Virus genome (UHGV): UHGV-0364569 | Direction: 5' to 3' (one strand) | DNA from: a virus | Length of the DNA stretch: 33,487 nucleotides | Shown: piece after piece, positions 24,214 to 33,466 of the stretch | Layout of the letters: the number at the start of each line of letters is the position of its first letter | How positions within the stretch are numbered: the stretch's first letter is position 1 | The notes under the pieces: model-generated | What the model saw: the letters and a program-made list of their open reading frames with translations, nothing else | The model's database searches: none | What the model was told of the DNA's origin: nothing | Position numbers and translations under genes: made by a program

Positions 24214-26820
24214 ATGATACTCCTGATTGACTTGGCCACCATGGCCGTCATGCACCCCGGCGGCATACCGGTCACCGACCTGTCCCTGGTGCGCGGCGAT
24301 AAGCTGCCCCTGCGCATCACTCTGCTGGATGAGGGCACTCCGGTGACTCCCTCCGGCACAAGGCCGGCGCTGGCCGTCAAGACCGCCCTGGGTGACGATA
24401 CCCTGGTCCTGGCCGCCACCAACCTGGAGCCGGTCGACGACGCTCTGGGGCTGGCTTATGTTGGCAGCTTGTCGGTCAACACGACTCAGTTGATCGCAGC
24501 CATGGGCAGCGCCGATCGCATCGACCTGGTCGCGGAGGTGGTCATTATTGACGGAGACGGCTCCCAGAGTACATCATCCCTGATCAAGGTAAGAGTGCGC
24601 CAGGATATCATGCCGGCAGACGTCGTCCCTCCAGATGACGTCATCGTCAACTGGGAGGAGATGGTGGCCGCATCCCTGGCCAACCAGCTGCCAGACGCCT
24701 TGCACAACGCCGGCATGTATGTCACTCCGGCCAGCGGCACGGCATCCATGTCGCCTCCCGGCTATGACCAGGACCAGACCGTGGCATGGTCATGGGCTCG
24801 GTTTATATTTGGCGATGACCTCTTGACCGGTTATGTCGGATCGATCTGCAAGGTGCGTGACGTGTACATGTGGGCAGTCCTCGGCACGACGGACACCACA
24901 CCGCGCTGGCTGGACATCTGGCGACGTGCTCCGGGCGGGGACTGGGTATTGGCGGCACGATCCAGTCAGGCCGTAGCATCCAGCACTGACGTGGACCTGT
25001 ACATGTGGGGGATGATTGCCGATACGGATATTGTAATCGGGGACGAGGTGGCGCTGCACGTCTATGGTGGCACGCCCGAGGCGCCAGTGGAGATCCCCCT
25101 GTCCATCGCCCGGCAGATGGTGACGGCAGCCGACGGGCGCGGGATTGCGTCTGCGCTGGACGGACCGATTACCGATGCCACCGTCATGCCCGCAATGATG
25201 TTGTCCTGTACTTATCAGGACGGCGTCAGCGTGGGAGGGGTTAATCTGGCCACCCGCGCCGAGGTGCAGCGGTTGACGGATTATGCTGCCGCTACCAGCA
25301 AGCAGACATACCAGGATGCCCGCGCATCCGAGGCGGCCAGGGACGCAGCTCAGGAGATTGCCGAGGGTCTGGCCATCACTGTTGGCACGGTCACGACGGG
25401 CGAGCCAGGCAGCCAGGCAACCGCCTCCCTGACACCCGGCAGCACGCCGGGATCGTGGCAACTGGACATGACTATACCGCGCGGGGACGTGGGCGCTGTG
25501 GACACCTCCAAATCCTACACATGGACACAGCCACAGGTATTTGATGCCACCGTCACGGCATCCAGGGGCGTGCGTGTGCCTCTTCCCGCCACGGCCCAGG
25601 AGGCGCTATCCTATGAGGCGCTGCTAGAGCAACAGACGGCGGATGATTGGCGGCGGGCGAACTACTACATGGAGACGCTGATCCCGTCTTGGGTGACAAC
25701 ACTGGTGCGGCAGATGCAGATGTCCGACGCTTATAATGTAGTCACGGCCAACGCATCCTCTAAGGAGGCGGTGTATACCAACGATCTGCACGATTTTTTG
25801 ATTACCATGATGCCCTCCGCCGGTGTGTCTTTGATTGGCCGATCTACAGGCGCGTGGAAATTTGCCAATTACATGGGAGATCATAACAATAGTGCTTATG
25901 CCGCCGCCGTTGTATGGCGGATTATCGGCTCTGACAAGGCGTCTATCCTGCTGGGGAGCACATCCCAAGGGTACTCATCGACAACTAATCCGGCAGCGCC
26001 CTGTTATGCTCACCCCATCCATTGGGCTGACTACAATCTGGACGCAGCGGATTACAGGTATCCGTTGCTCAACGCAGTCAATAATTACACCAGCCGGGAC
26101 ATGGCACCCGCATGGCAGGTGACGATTTATCCCACAAGCTACCTGGGGAGTACGACGTCTTGCCTGATCCGAGGCACGGATTATGGGCGCGACGTTGGCG
26201 ACCAGCTATATATGTGGGCGCTTGTGCCCAAGATCACTTACGTTGCCGTGGCAATGGCACCCCGCGCAGCCGCCGATCATCAAAACACGATGAACAGATG
26301 GGAACTGTTTGTCGACGGCAATTATGTTATGCCGATGACATCCTTGTTTTGTGGCAGCGGCCACACGGCCTGCGTCACAGTTAAGGCCAAGGCTCACGAG
26401 GCAAGCAGTACCTTGCAAGTGGGGCTGCGTATGGGAGGCATGAGGATTGACGCAGCCCCCGCGCTGGGGGTCAACGATGTACGATCCATTATGGGGCGCG
26501 TGGTGATGGACGGAGTAACGGCCAAGCCTATGCCGGCGGTGACGGCTTCCGCGCTGGATGTACCTGCGGAGGGCGGTGAGGTAACGCTGACGGTATCGTC
26601 CACGCTGTCCGAGGCGGTTTATATACTCAACGATACCATGTGCGGGCATGACCCCGCCGCCGTATGGTGCATGCAGTCCTCTGAGCAGACACCAGCCGGA
26701 GGCGGCCAGATCACCCTGACGCTGGCTCCCAACACGACTGGCCAGCCCCGGCAGGTGTGGGCGTTTGTCGGCCATCACTACGCCCAAGCCTCCGTCGTCA
26801 AGATTAACCAATTAGCTTAA
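24214..26820 (+). CDS. large virion structural protein (868 aa) with a C-terminal BACON-like Ig domain; sheath-position or fiber/adhesin
   Basis: The C-terminus ALDVPAEGGEVTLTVSS...AVWCMQSSEQTPAGGGQITLTLAPNTTGQPRQVWAFVGH...VVKINQ fits the BACON/Big-like consensus. A GEPGSQATASLTPGSTPGS linker is present. It is flanked by tube-like and chaperone-like genes. Confidence 0.55.
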   Translation: MILLIDLATMAVMHPGGIPVTDLSLVRGDKLPLRITLLDEGTPVTPSGTRPALAVKTALGDDTLVLAATNLEPVDDALGLAYVGSLSVNTTQLIAAMGSADRIDLVAEVVIIDGDGSQSTSSLIKVRVRQDIMPADVVPPDDVIVNWEEMVAASLANQLPDALHNAGMYVTPASGTASMSPPGYDQDQTVAWSWARFIFGDDLLTGYVGSICKVRDVYMWAVLGTTDTTPRWLDIWRRAPGGDWVLAARSSQAVASSTDVDLYMWGMIADTDIVIGDEVALHVYGGTPEAPVEIPLSIARQMVTAADGRGIASALDGPITDATVMPAMMLSCTYQDGVSVGGVNLATRAEVQRLTDYAAATSKQTYQDARASEAARDAAQEIAEGLAITVGTVTTGEPGSQATASLTPGSTPGSWQLDMTIPRGDVGAVDTSKSYTWTQPQVFDATVTASRGVRVPLPATAQEALSYEALLEQQTADDWRRANYYMETLIPSWVTTLVRQMQMSDAYNVVTANASSKEAVYTNDLHDFLITMMPSAGVSLIGRSTGAWKFANYMGDHNNSAYAAAVVWRIIGSDKASILLGSTSQGYSSTTNPAAPCYAHPIHWADYNLDAADYRYPLLNAVNNYTSRDMAPAWQVTIYPTSYLGSTTSCLIRGTDYGRDVGDQLYMWALVPKITYVAVAMAPRAAADHQNTMNRWELFVDGNYVMPMTSLFCGSGHTACVTVKAKAHEASSTLQVGLRMGGMRIDAAPALGVNDVRSIMGRVVMDGVTAKPMPAVTASALDVPAEGGEVTLTVSSTLSEAVYILNDTMCGHDPAAVWCMQSSEQTPAGGGQITLTLAPNTTGQPRQVWAFVGHHYAQASVVKINQLA

Positions 26821-26827
26821 CAACAAC

Positions 26828-27238
26828 ATGCAAGAGATACATTTACATTTTCCGCGCCAAGGCAAGTGGGACAAGTACACCATGACAGCCGTGTACCAGG
26901 ACGCGGACGGCTACACTCACACTGACCATTATACCCAGGATGACATACCCGCCGATCAGGCCCCGGTCCTGGAGGCAACAGTCACCGCAATCGCGAGCAT
27001 GGGTGAGGACTGGCAAGCCTCCCAGGTGTGGGCACAACTGGGAGACGACTCCGTGATCAATAACCCCGCTGCCCGCGAGGGGGCCGTCGAGGTGCACGAG
27101 GCCGTACTACTGACGGTTGAGGCTGTCAATAGTGCCGGCGGCCGGCGCATTTGCACACCCTCCGAGTACATGCAGTTTGTACTCGCGGACCCCAGCGCGG
27201 TGGCGTTTTTCCGGTATTTCACGGCTCTCAACTCTTAA
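26828..27238 (+). CDS. acidic 136-aa protein; tail assembly chaperone or tube candidate
   Basis: Position upstream of the tape-measure gene. Confidence 0.4.
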   Translation: MQEIHLHFPRQGKWDKYTMTAVYQDADGYTHTDHYTQDDIPADQAPVLEATVTAIASMGEDWQASQVWAQLGDDSVINNPAAREGAVEVHEAVLLTVEAVNSAGGRRICTPSEYMQFVLADPSAVAFFRYFTALNS

Positions 27239-27265
27239 GTCTCACCTCTCCACTCTCATCACACC

Positions 27266-27775
27266 ATGCACTACCTCTCTCTCGACACGGTCATCTACCG
27301 TCCGGACGGACTCCGGGATATCGTGCTGTGCCAATACGACGACGTCATGGAGGAGCTGGTGACCGTCAAGCCATCCGTCCAAATCCAGCGCGAGGCCGTC
27401 ATCGCCAGTCCCTGGATGCACCAGGCAGCACGAGGCAACGCCTCCCTGCAGATGTCTTTTACCCTCGTGCGGGCGTTTACGACTTTCGCCCGCGCCCATG
27501 CCTGGGGACTCGACCTGCAGGAGGCGCTCACCCTGCACCCGGAGGGTGTGGTTACCTGGTTGTCCTGCTACTACCAGGGCCGGCCGGGCCGGGTCAGGAC
27601 CTACCACGCTACGGTTGACCTTGCCCAGCCTCTGCCGCTCACGAGCGATCATGACCTCGGTCCGGATGGACCGCGCCTCGGCAGCCGTCCGGAGGATATC
27701 CGGCTGCCGGATGCCGAGGGCAAGGTCTGGGCTGCCCTGCAGGTATCCCTCACCCTTACAAGAGACATCTCTTAA
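27266..27775 (+). CDS. hypothetical 169-aa tail-module protein (chaperone-position)
   Basis: ATG with a CT-rich leader, directly upstream of the tape-measure gene. Confidence 0.4.
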   Translation: MHYLSLDTVIYRPDGLRDIVLCQYDDVMEELVTVKPSVQIQREAVIASPWMHQAARGNASLQMSFTLVRAFTTFARAHAWGLDLQEALTLHPEGVVTWLSCYYQGRPGRVRTYHATVDLAQPLPLTSDHDLGPDGPRLGSRPEDIRLPDAEGKVWAALQVSLTLTRDIS

Positions 27776-27813
27776 TCTCTCTATTAACTTTTAACTCATA
27801 ACTATTAACTAAC

Positions 27814-30357
27814 ATGGCAGACAAGGATTACAAGGTACAGGTAGGCGTGGAGGCCAAGGCCGACACGCGAGGACTGGATCAGGTCAACAAGGGACTGGAC
27901 AAGGTCCGCAAGACGGCCCGGCAGGTCAACGACGAGCTGGGCGGCAATGAGGTCGCCACCAATCTGGAGGAGGTGACCGAGGCCGCTGAGGAGACTGCCG
28001 AGGCCCTGGACAAGACCAGTGACGCTGCAGAGGGTGTGCAGGATGCCGTCAGTCAGGTTGGCCAGGAGGCCAGGACCACCGGCAATGAGATGGACAAGGC
28101 CGGCAGCAAGGGAGAGGAGGCCGGCCGTAAAATGGAGAGGGGAGCCAGGAGAGCGGCGTCCGGATTGGGTAACCTCAAGAGCAAGGTACAGGCGACGTTT
28201 AACATCCCTACCGAGCTGGAGGCTGCCTACAACCGGGGGGTGGCGTGGGGCAAGGCCATCCTGGAGGGCTGGAATAAATATATTGAGGGTGTGGACAAGC
28301 AGGCCGTCAAACGGGCGCGGGAGCTTAAAGACCGGCTGGCCACCGAGGCCGCCACTCGCGAGCAGGCTTATACCGATGCGCTGACCAACGCCAAGCGCGA
28401 GCGCATCTACGACGAGGAGCAGCGCAGGATCACGGCCATCAATGACCTCTACACCCAGCGCATTCAGCTCATCGGCCAGCTGGCCGTCAACCGCACGGCG
28501 GAGGTGGACCACGTGGAGAGCCTCCGCCAAAAGGAGCTGGAGCTGCAGCGCACCATCGTCAAGACCCGCGAGATCAGGGGAGAGATCACCAAGGAGACGG
28601 CCGCCGCTCTGATGGCCGACCTGGATGACTCCGAGGCCAGGAGTGCCGCCAAGTCACGCGAGGATCGTCAGCAGATCATGCTGGAGGCGGCTATTCAAGC
28701 CCGAGACGAGACGGCCAAACAGGTGGCCCAGATCAAGGCTGAGCAGGAGCAGGCGGCCAAGTCTCCTTATGCGGGTGTGACTCCGGATGGATATCGCACA
28801 CTCAAGCGACGGGAGGAGGTGCTTGACAAGGCGCACCAGGAGGCCAAGGACCTCCTGCCGCAGAAACAGAAATTAGAACAGGAAAAACAACGCCTCGAAA
28901 AAAGTATTAGCCTACTCGAAAAGACGCAGGAACTTAACAAGCAGCAACGGATGAATCCGTTGCTGGGGGCAGAAAATGCCGTCTATGAAACAGACCGCAA
29001 AATCCAAGAAACCAAAGCCCATCTGGCTCGCATTAACAAAGAGGCGGCCGCTGCAGACATCGCCATCGCCAAGGACAAAGCTCAACAAGCGGAGCGGCAG
29101 ATTGTTGGGGATAAGATTGCAGCAATTGAGGATCATTACCGTGCCAGCAATCCTCTGGTCCACTACGATCAGGACAACGCCGGCAATATGCAGATGACTG
29201 AGGATATTTCTAATGCCATCAAGGCGCATAACACCAGCACAACGACACGCAAGGAGCGTCTTAAAACGGCTGAGGACCAGCTCAAACTGGATGATGCCAA
29301 CGTCTCTACTCAGCAGCAGATACTGCAGTACCAGCGTGAGATCAACTCCAAGGAGGCTACCATCGCCGCCGCCAAGGCCGACCAGGCCAGCGCCGTGGCT
29401 GCCGACGAGCGCCGGCAAAAGGACCTCGCCGAGCTGGCCAGCCAGCGCAAGGGCGTCCAGGAGCGCTGGCGCAAGCACTACGACAAGCTCACCGCCGGCC
29501 AGGATTACAAGGACCGCGAGACTCCTAGGCTCAAGCGGCTGCTGACTCAGGGTCAGCACATGGCCGATGCCGGCTACATGTCCGAGCAGGACGCCGTGCG
29601 CCTGGGACAGATGCGCGACGAGACCCTCAAGGGGTTGCCCAGGGAGCTGCGCGCCAAGGTCAAGTGGATGGTGGACGACATGATCAAGGGATACTCCAGA
29701 GCAGCGTCCGGAGAGCGCAATTTGATGACTCCCCTGGAGCGCAAGGACCTGGAGGCGAGCCGCTACAAGTCCAAGCTGGACGGCCTCTCCGACATTACGC
29801 CCAGCCTGCCCAAGGATGGGGCTGCCAGCAAGATTGTGGCGATCCTCAAGGACGTGGCCAAGTACGGCGTCCTCAACGAGGCCACCGTCAAGCAGCTCCA
29901 GTCCCTGTCCATGCGGATCAACGGAGACGATGCCGCCGGGCAGCGTGTCGTCTCCCTGGTCAAGGAGCTGGTCCAAGGCGAGCTGGGCCGGATATTGATG
30001 ACCATGTCCAGACCGCAGCCGGTCAAACCCCGCCGCGTTACTCCGGAGGGCCGGGACCTGGACGCAGAGGATGCGGAGCGTGCGCGTATCCGGGCCGGAG
30101 CCCAGGCGCCACAACCTCCTCCGCATCCTGCTCCCCAGCCTGCAGCAGGCCAGGACTACAGCTCCATGATCGGCGAGTTTTCCCGGCAGATGTTTGGTCA
30201 GAGCGACACCTCTGGCCGCATCCTGGATGTCATGCAGCAGTTTGTCATCATCGCCAAGCAGGCGGCCGATAAATCCTCCCAACACAACGATCGTTTGAGC
30301 ACGATTGAGCGGGAGGTGGCCGCCCTCAAGTCCCGCGAGCAGTACGGCCGCCATTAA
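27814..30357 (+). CDS. tail tape-measure protein (847 aa; extensive coiled-coil, Q/E/K/A-rich)
   Basis: Length, composition and position. Confidence 0.8.
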   Translation: MADKDYKVQVGVEAKADTRGLDQVNKGLDKVRKTARQVNDELGGNEVATNLEEVTEAAEETAEALDKTSDAAEGVQDAVSQVGQEARTTGNEMDKAGSKGEEAGRKMERGARRAASGLGNLKSKVQATFNIPTELEAAYNRGVAWGKAILEGWNKYIEGVDKQAVKRARELKDRLATEAATREQAYTDALTNAKRERIYDEEQRRITAINDLYTQRIQLIGQLAVNRTAEVDHVESLRQKELELQRTIVKTREIRGEITKETAAALMADLDDSEARSAAKSREDRQQIMLEAAIQARDETAKQVAQIKAEQEQAAKSPYAGVTPDGYRTLKRREEVLDKAHQEAKDLLPQKQKLEQEKQRLEKSISLLEKTQELNKQQRMNPLLGAENAVYETDRKIQETKAHLARINKEAAAADIAIAKDKAQQAERQIVGDKIAAIEDHYRASNPLVHYDQDNAGNMQMTEDISNAIKAHNTSTTTRKERLKTAEDQLKLDDANVSTQQQILQYQREINSKEATIAAAKADQASAVAADERRQKDLAELASQRKGVQERWRKHYDKLTAGQDYKDRETPRLKRLLTQGQHMADAGYMSEQDAVRLGQMRDETLKGLPRELRAKVKWMVDDMIKGYSRAASGERNLMTPLERKDLEASRYKSKLDGLSDITPSLPKDGAASKIVAILKDVAKYGVLNEATVKQLQSLSMRINGDDAAGQRVVSLVKELVQGELGRILMTMSRPQPVKPRRVTPEGRDLDAEDAERARIRAGAQAPQPPPHPAPQPAAGQDYSSMIGEFSRQMFGQSDTSGRILDVMQQFVIIAKQAADKSSQHNDRLSTIEREVAALKSREQYGRH

Positions 30358-30384
30358 CCCCCTATCCATCACCGATTGATCCCC

Positions 30385-32553
30385 ATGCACGTCATTGAGC
30401 TAACAGGTAGCGCCATCAAGGGCGCCAAGTATGACTGGCGCAATTTTGCGGCCGCCAAGGTATCCTGGCAGCAGCTGGCCCGTGACCAGGACGAGCCGGC
30501 TCCCTATGCCTACCTGGATGATGTGCGCGTAGTCTGGGACGGCGTCACCGTGCTCCAGGGCACGATCCGCAAGTGCGCTCTGGAGCAATCCGGCAATGCC
30601 TGGCGATGGTCCATGGAGGCATGCGATATCCTCCAACCCCTGGAGGCGGCCTTGTGTTTCAATCCTGGCGGTAAGCTAAGCGGCGGCTTGTCTCCCTATG
30701 TCTCCGGAGGCGAGAGCGATGTAGACGTGCCGCGCAAGATCAAGATCGCCGGCACGGTGCAGTGGATACTGGATGATGCCCGCAAGTACGGATTGCTGCC
30801 GGCAGACGTCGGCATTGAGATGGCCGTATCTCCCACGGCCTGGATGTGGGACACCGCACTTGGCTGTGACATGTATGCCGGGGTGCTACGCAAGCTGCTG
30901 GGAGGACGTCCCGGCATGGTGTGCTGGGTTGATTACTCCGGGGCCTCCCCCGTGATCAGGGTGGCCGACGGAGAGGCGTTGCCGCTGGCGACGCTGGACC
31001 GTGTACGCGATCGGTTGTCCGGTATCAACCTGTCTCCCCGCCCGGACTTGGTGCCTCCGGCCGTGGGCGTCGTACTGACGGCCGGACGGCAGGCTTACCA
31101 GTCCCAGGTCTGGCCCAAGGGCTCCGATTTGCACCAGGAGGGATGCGTCACCATCCAGGTGGCGCTGTCCGGCGGCTCTACCGCCGGGGAGGACGACCCG
31201 CCGTCCAGCGAGTCCCCCGTCTGGGATTTTGTCAAGCCAATCGTCGAGGTCAGAGGCGACAGGCTGCCCACGGGTACGGGAGCGGCCGACCTCAAGTGGT
31301 GGACGTCTCAAGTGCCGGAACTGTCCAAGGTAACGGGCGCGGGCCTGGGCGTGATCAAGAAGTCTCTGGTAGCGGACGTAGAGGGCAGCGACCTGTCCAA
31401 TTACTCCACCGAGGAGACGGCCCAGCGATTCCGCCACACGTCCGGTCAGCTGTCCCCCAGCTGCAAGACCATCAAGTGGAGTTACATAGAGCTGCGCCAG
31501 GTTGTATACACCGACACCAAGCCTCCCAAGGGTACCGAGATGATCTTCACCAAGACCCGCAACTTTGGGGGCCGCGTCCGCTATTGGGGATGGCTCAAGT
31601 GGCGCGGGCGCACCATCAACAAGCAGCGCATGCGTTACCGCGCCAGCAAGACCGGGGATGCCGGTGGGGATGACGGCAGCAATCCGCCCATCAGCGGCGG
31701 AGGCACGCCGCCGTCATCCACGATGGAGTGGCCGGATTACACGTCCCTCTTGCGGCAGTATTACGAGATCACCCGTCCGTTGCCCTGGGAGGGCGCGGTT
31801 ACGTCCCTGCGCGCCCTCTGTCCGTCCGGGCTGGTGGGCCGCCGGCTCGTCCTGGAGGGCGCTCGCCGTGCGTACCGGGACATGGCTACCGTCGTCCAGG
31901 GTGTCTCAGTGGATTTATCCGGCGAGACTACGTCACTCACGACGGGCGTACCCAGCCACCTGTCCCTGCAGGACATGGTAGACCGCATCCAGCAGATGGC
32001 TGCCGACCAGCAGGAGCTGGACCAGGAGCAGCAGCAGGACAACCCCATCCAGACATTGCAATATGACGACGAGGCCTACAAGTCACCGGATGCCCCGACC
32101 ATCGGCCCGGAGGGCGGCATGGTCTGGAGCGAGGCCCCGGAGCAGCCTCCCGCCTACGGCTATCAGGTCACATTGGAGCGCGCCGAGGGCAGTGACGACC
32201 TCGCCGGTTGCCGAATTCGTCCGGGCAAGCTGATGCTCTCCGGCCGGTACATCGGTACGGTTCCCACGCCCAACAGCGGGGAGTGGTTTGCGTCCTCGTG
32301 CACGGCAGGCGAGATATGGCTGGACGTCAAATTCAGCGGTAAGGGCAAGCTGACCGGCACCTCCATAGCTTACGAGCAGGGGGCGGTCAACCCCCTCCGC
32401 CTCCAGATGGAGGAGGGCGACCCCTCGGAGGTGTTTTCCTATTCTTTTCATCTTGCAACGATCAAGGACAAGGAGGTCATCCAGCATATCCTGGGCACTA
32501 TCCAGGTGCCGGTCTACGGAGGCACTTTCTACCCATACGGCCCCGCCATCTAA
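30385..32553 (+). CDS. tail tip/central fiber-like protein (722 aa; the track starts at TTG 30376)
   Basis: The only large gene after the tape-measure gene. The first ATG is at 30385. Confidence 0.5.
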   Translation: MHVIELTGSAIKGAKYDWRNFAAAKVSWQQLARDQDEPAPYAYLDDVRVVWDGVTVLQGTIRKCALEQSGNAWRWSMEACDILQPLEAALCFNPGGKLSGGLSPYVSGGESDVDVPRKIKIAGTVQWILDDARKYGLLPADVGIEMAVSPTAWMWDTALGCDMYAGVLRKLLGGRPGMVCWVDYSGASPVIRVADGEALPLATLDRVRDRLSGINLSPRPDLVPPAVGVVLTAGRQAYQSQVWPKGSDLHQEGCVTIQVALSGGSTAGEDDPPSSESPVWDFVKPIVEVRGDRLPTGTGAADLKWWTSQVPELSKVTGAGLGVIKKSLVADVEGSDLSNYSTEETAQRFRHTSGQLSPSCKTIKWSYIELRQVVYTDTKPPKGTEMIFTKTRNFGGRVRYWGWLKWRGRTINKQRMRYRASKTGDAGGDDGSNPPISGGGTPPSSTMEWPDYTSLLRQYYEITRPLPWEGAVTSLRALCPSGLVGRRLVLEGARRAYRDMATVVQGVSVDLSGETTSLTTGVPSHLSLQDMVDRIQQMAADQQELDQEQQQDNPIQTLQYDDEAYKSPDAPTIGPEGGMVWSEAPEQPPAYGYQVTLERAEGSDDLAGCRIRPGKLMLSGRYIGTVPTPNSGEWFASSCTAGEIWLDVKFSGKGKLTGTSIAYEQGAVNPLRLQMEEGDPSEVFSYSFHLATIKDKEVIQHILGTIQVPVYGGTFYPYGPAI

Positions 32554-32573
32554 ATTTTACCTTATATAATAGT

Positions 32574-33410
32574 ATGATCAGGATTTTTATATTTTCATAT
32601 TCAGGAGACGCCGCTGAGGCGGTGGCTTGCGTGCGGTGCGCCCGGATGGCCGTGCCCTATGCGGGCATAACAGTGGTGGACGATGCGTCCAATCCGGTAC
32701 AGGAGGATATCGCAGATGCTCTCCGGTCCATGGGGGCTGATTACGTGCAATCCACCTGGGATCGCAACGGCAACCTGCGCGGCCCGGATTGCATCCGCGG
32801 CATGCTTTCCGAGATGTGCCGTGAGGCAGAGCCCGATGACATCCTGGTCAAGATTGACTGTGACACGGCCTTGCTGGATGACGGCTGGCTGCGCTGGATG
32901 GATGATCACCCGGCATGTCCGATGTACGCATCCGGCGATTTTATCAACGGCTCCTGGAGGATTTACGGCTGTTTGTATGCCTTGCGCGGCTGGATGGCCA
33001 GGCGTCTCTACCAGGTGATGGATTGGACGCTCTTGGATGATTTGGCCCCGGAGGACGTGACGATTGGCCGGGAGGTTCTGGCCAGGGTGCCGGTGACCTT
33101 GTGCCGGATCGAGGAGCCGTGGCGGCAACGATCTCCCTGGAGCGAGTGGACGGCCTGGTGCTGGCCCAGCAGGACAGCGAGTGCCGAGAGCTATGCGGCC
33201 AGGTTTGCGATGGTGACCACCGGTTCCCCTCTCATGGATGACCGGCCGTCCAGCGAGCGGGCCAGAGTGATGCACCTGCTGGCCGACGCCAGGGAGCGGA
33301 TGCTCCGGGAGGGAGTGGCCAGGGAGGACGATGAGGCGGTGGATTGGGGCGGCCTGCTGGCCGCTTGTAAGGGTGAGGCAGAGTCTATGCAGACACCCTG
33401 CACGGAGTAG
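32574..33410 (+). CDS. GT-A fold glycosyltransferase-like protein (278 aa), last gene before the right end
   Basis: IFIFSYSGD...ITVVDDASNP...DCDT (DxD) is the pattern of a nucleotide-sugar transferase. Upstream are TAAATTTT and TATAAT boxes. Confidence 0.5.
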   Translation: MIRIFIFSYSGDAAEAVACVRCARMAVPYAGITVVDDASNPVQEDIADALRSMGADYVQSTWDRNGNLRGPDCIRGMLSEMCREAEPDDILVKIDCDTALLDDGWLRWMDDHPACPMYASGDFINGSWRIYGCLYALRGWMARRLYQVMDWTLLDDLAPEDVTIGREVLARVPVTLCRIEEPWRQRSPWSEWTAWCWPSRTASAESYAARFAMVTTGSPLMDDRPSSERARVMHLLADARERMLREGVAREDDEAVDWGGLLAACKGEAESMQTPCTE

Positions 33411-33420
33411 GCAGACAGGC

Positions 33421-33443
33421 AAGTTATATCAGATACCTGTCAT
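33421..33443 (-). repeat. right-end inverted copy of the terminal site (reverse complement ATGACAGGTATCTGATATAACTT)
   Basis: 20/20 identity with 189-208. It is flanked by a GACAGG...CCTGTC inverted pair (33414-33419 and 33436-33441). Confidence 0.65.
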
Positions 33444-33466
33444 AGTTCTATCAGATGTCTTGGCGC
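33444..33466 (-). repeat. outer right-end partial site (reverse complement AGACATCTGATAGAACTA)
   Basis: A degenerate GACA-TCTGATA-GAAC body about 12 nt inside the candidate terminus (...GCGCGTTACA, 33472). Confidence 0.4.

Noticed and set aside
27236-27268. Tail-chaperone G/GT -1 frameshift between 26828..27238 and 27266..27775
   Set aside because: The two ORFs are separated by a stop and a 27-nt leader carrying the CT-rich motif, and no slippery site was seen. They are treated as separate genes.
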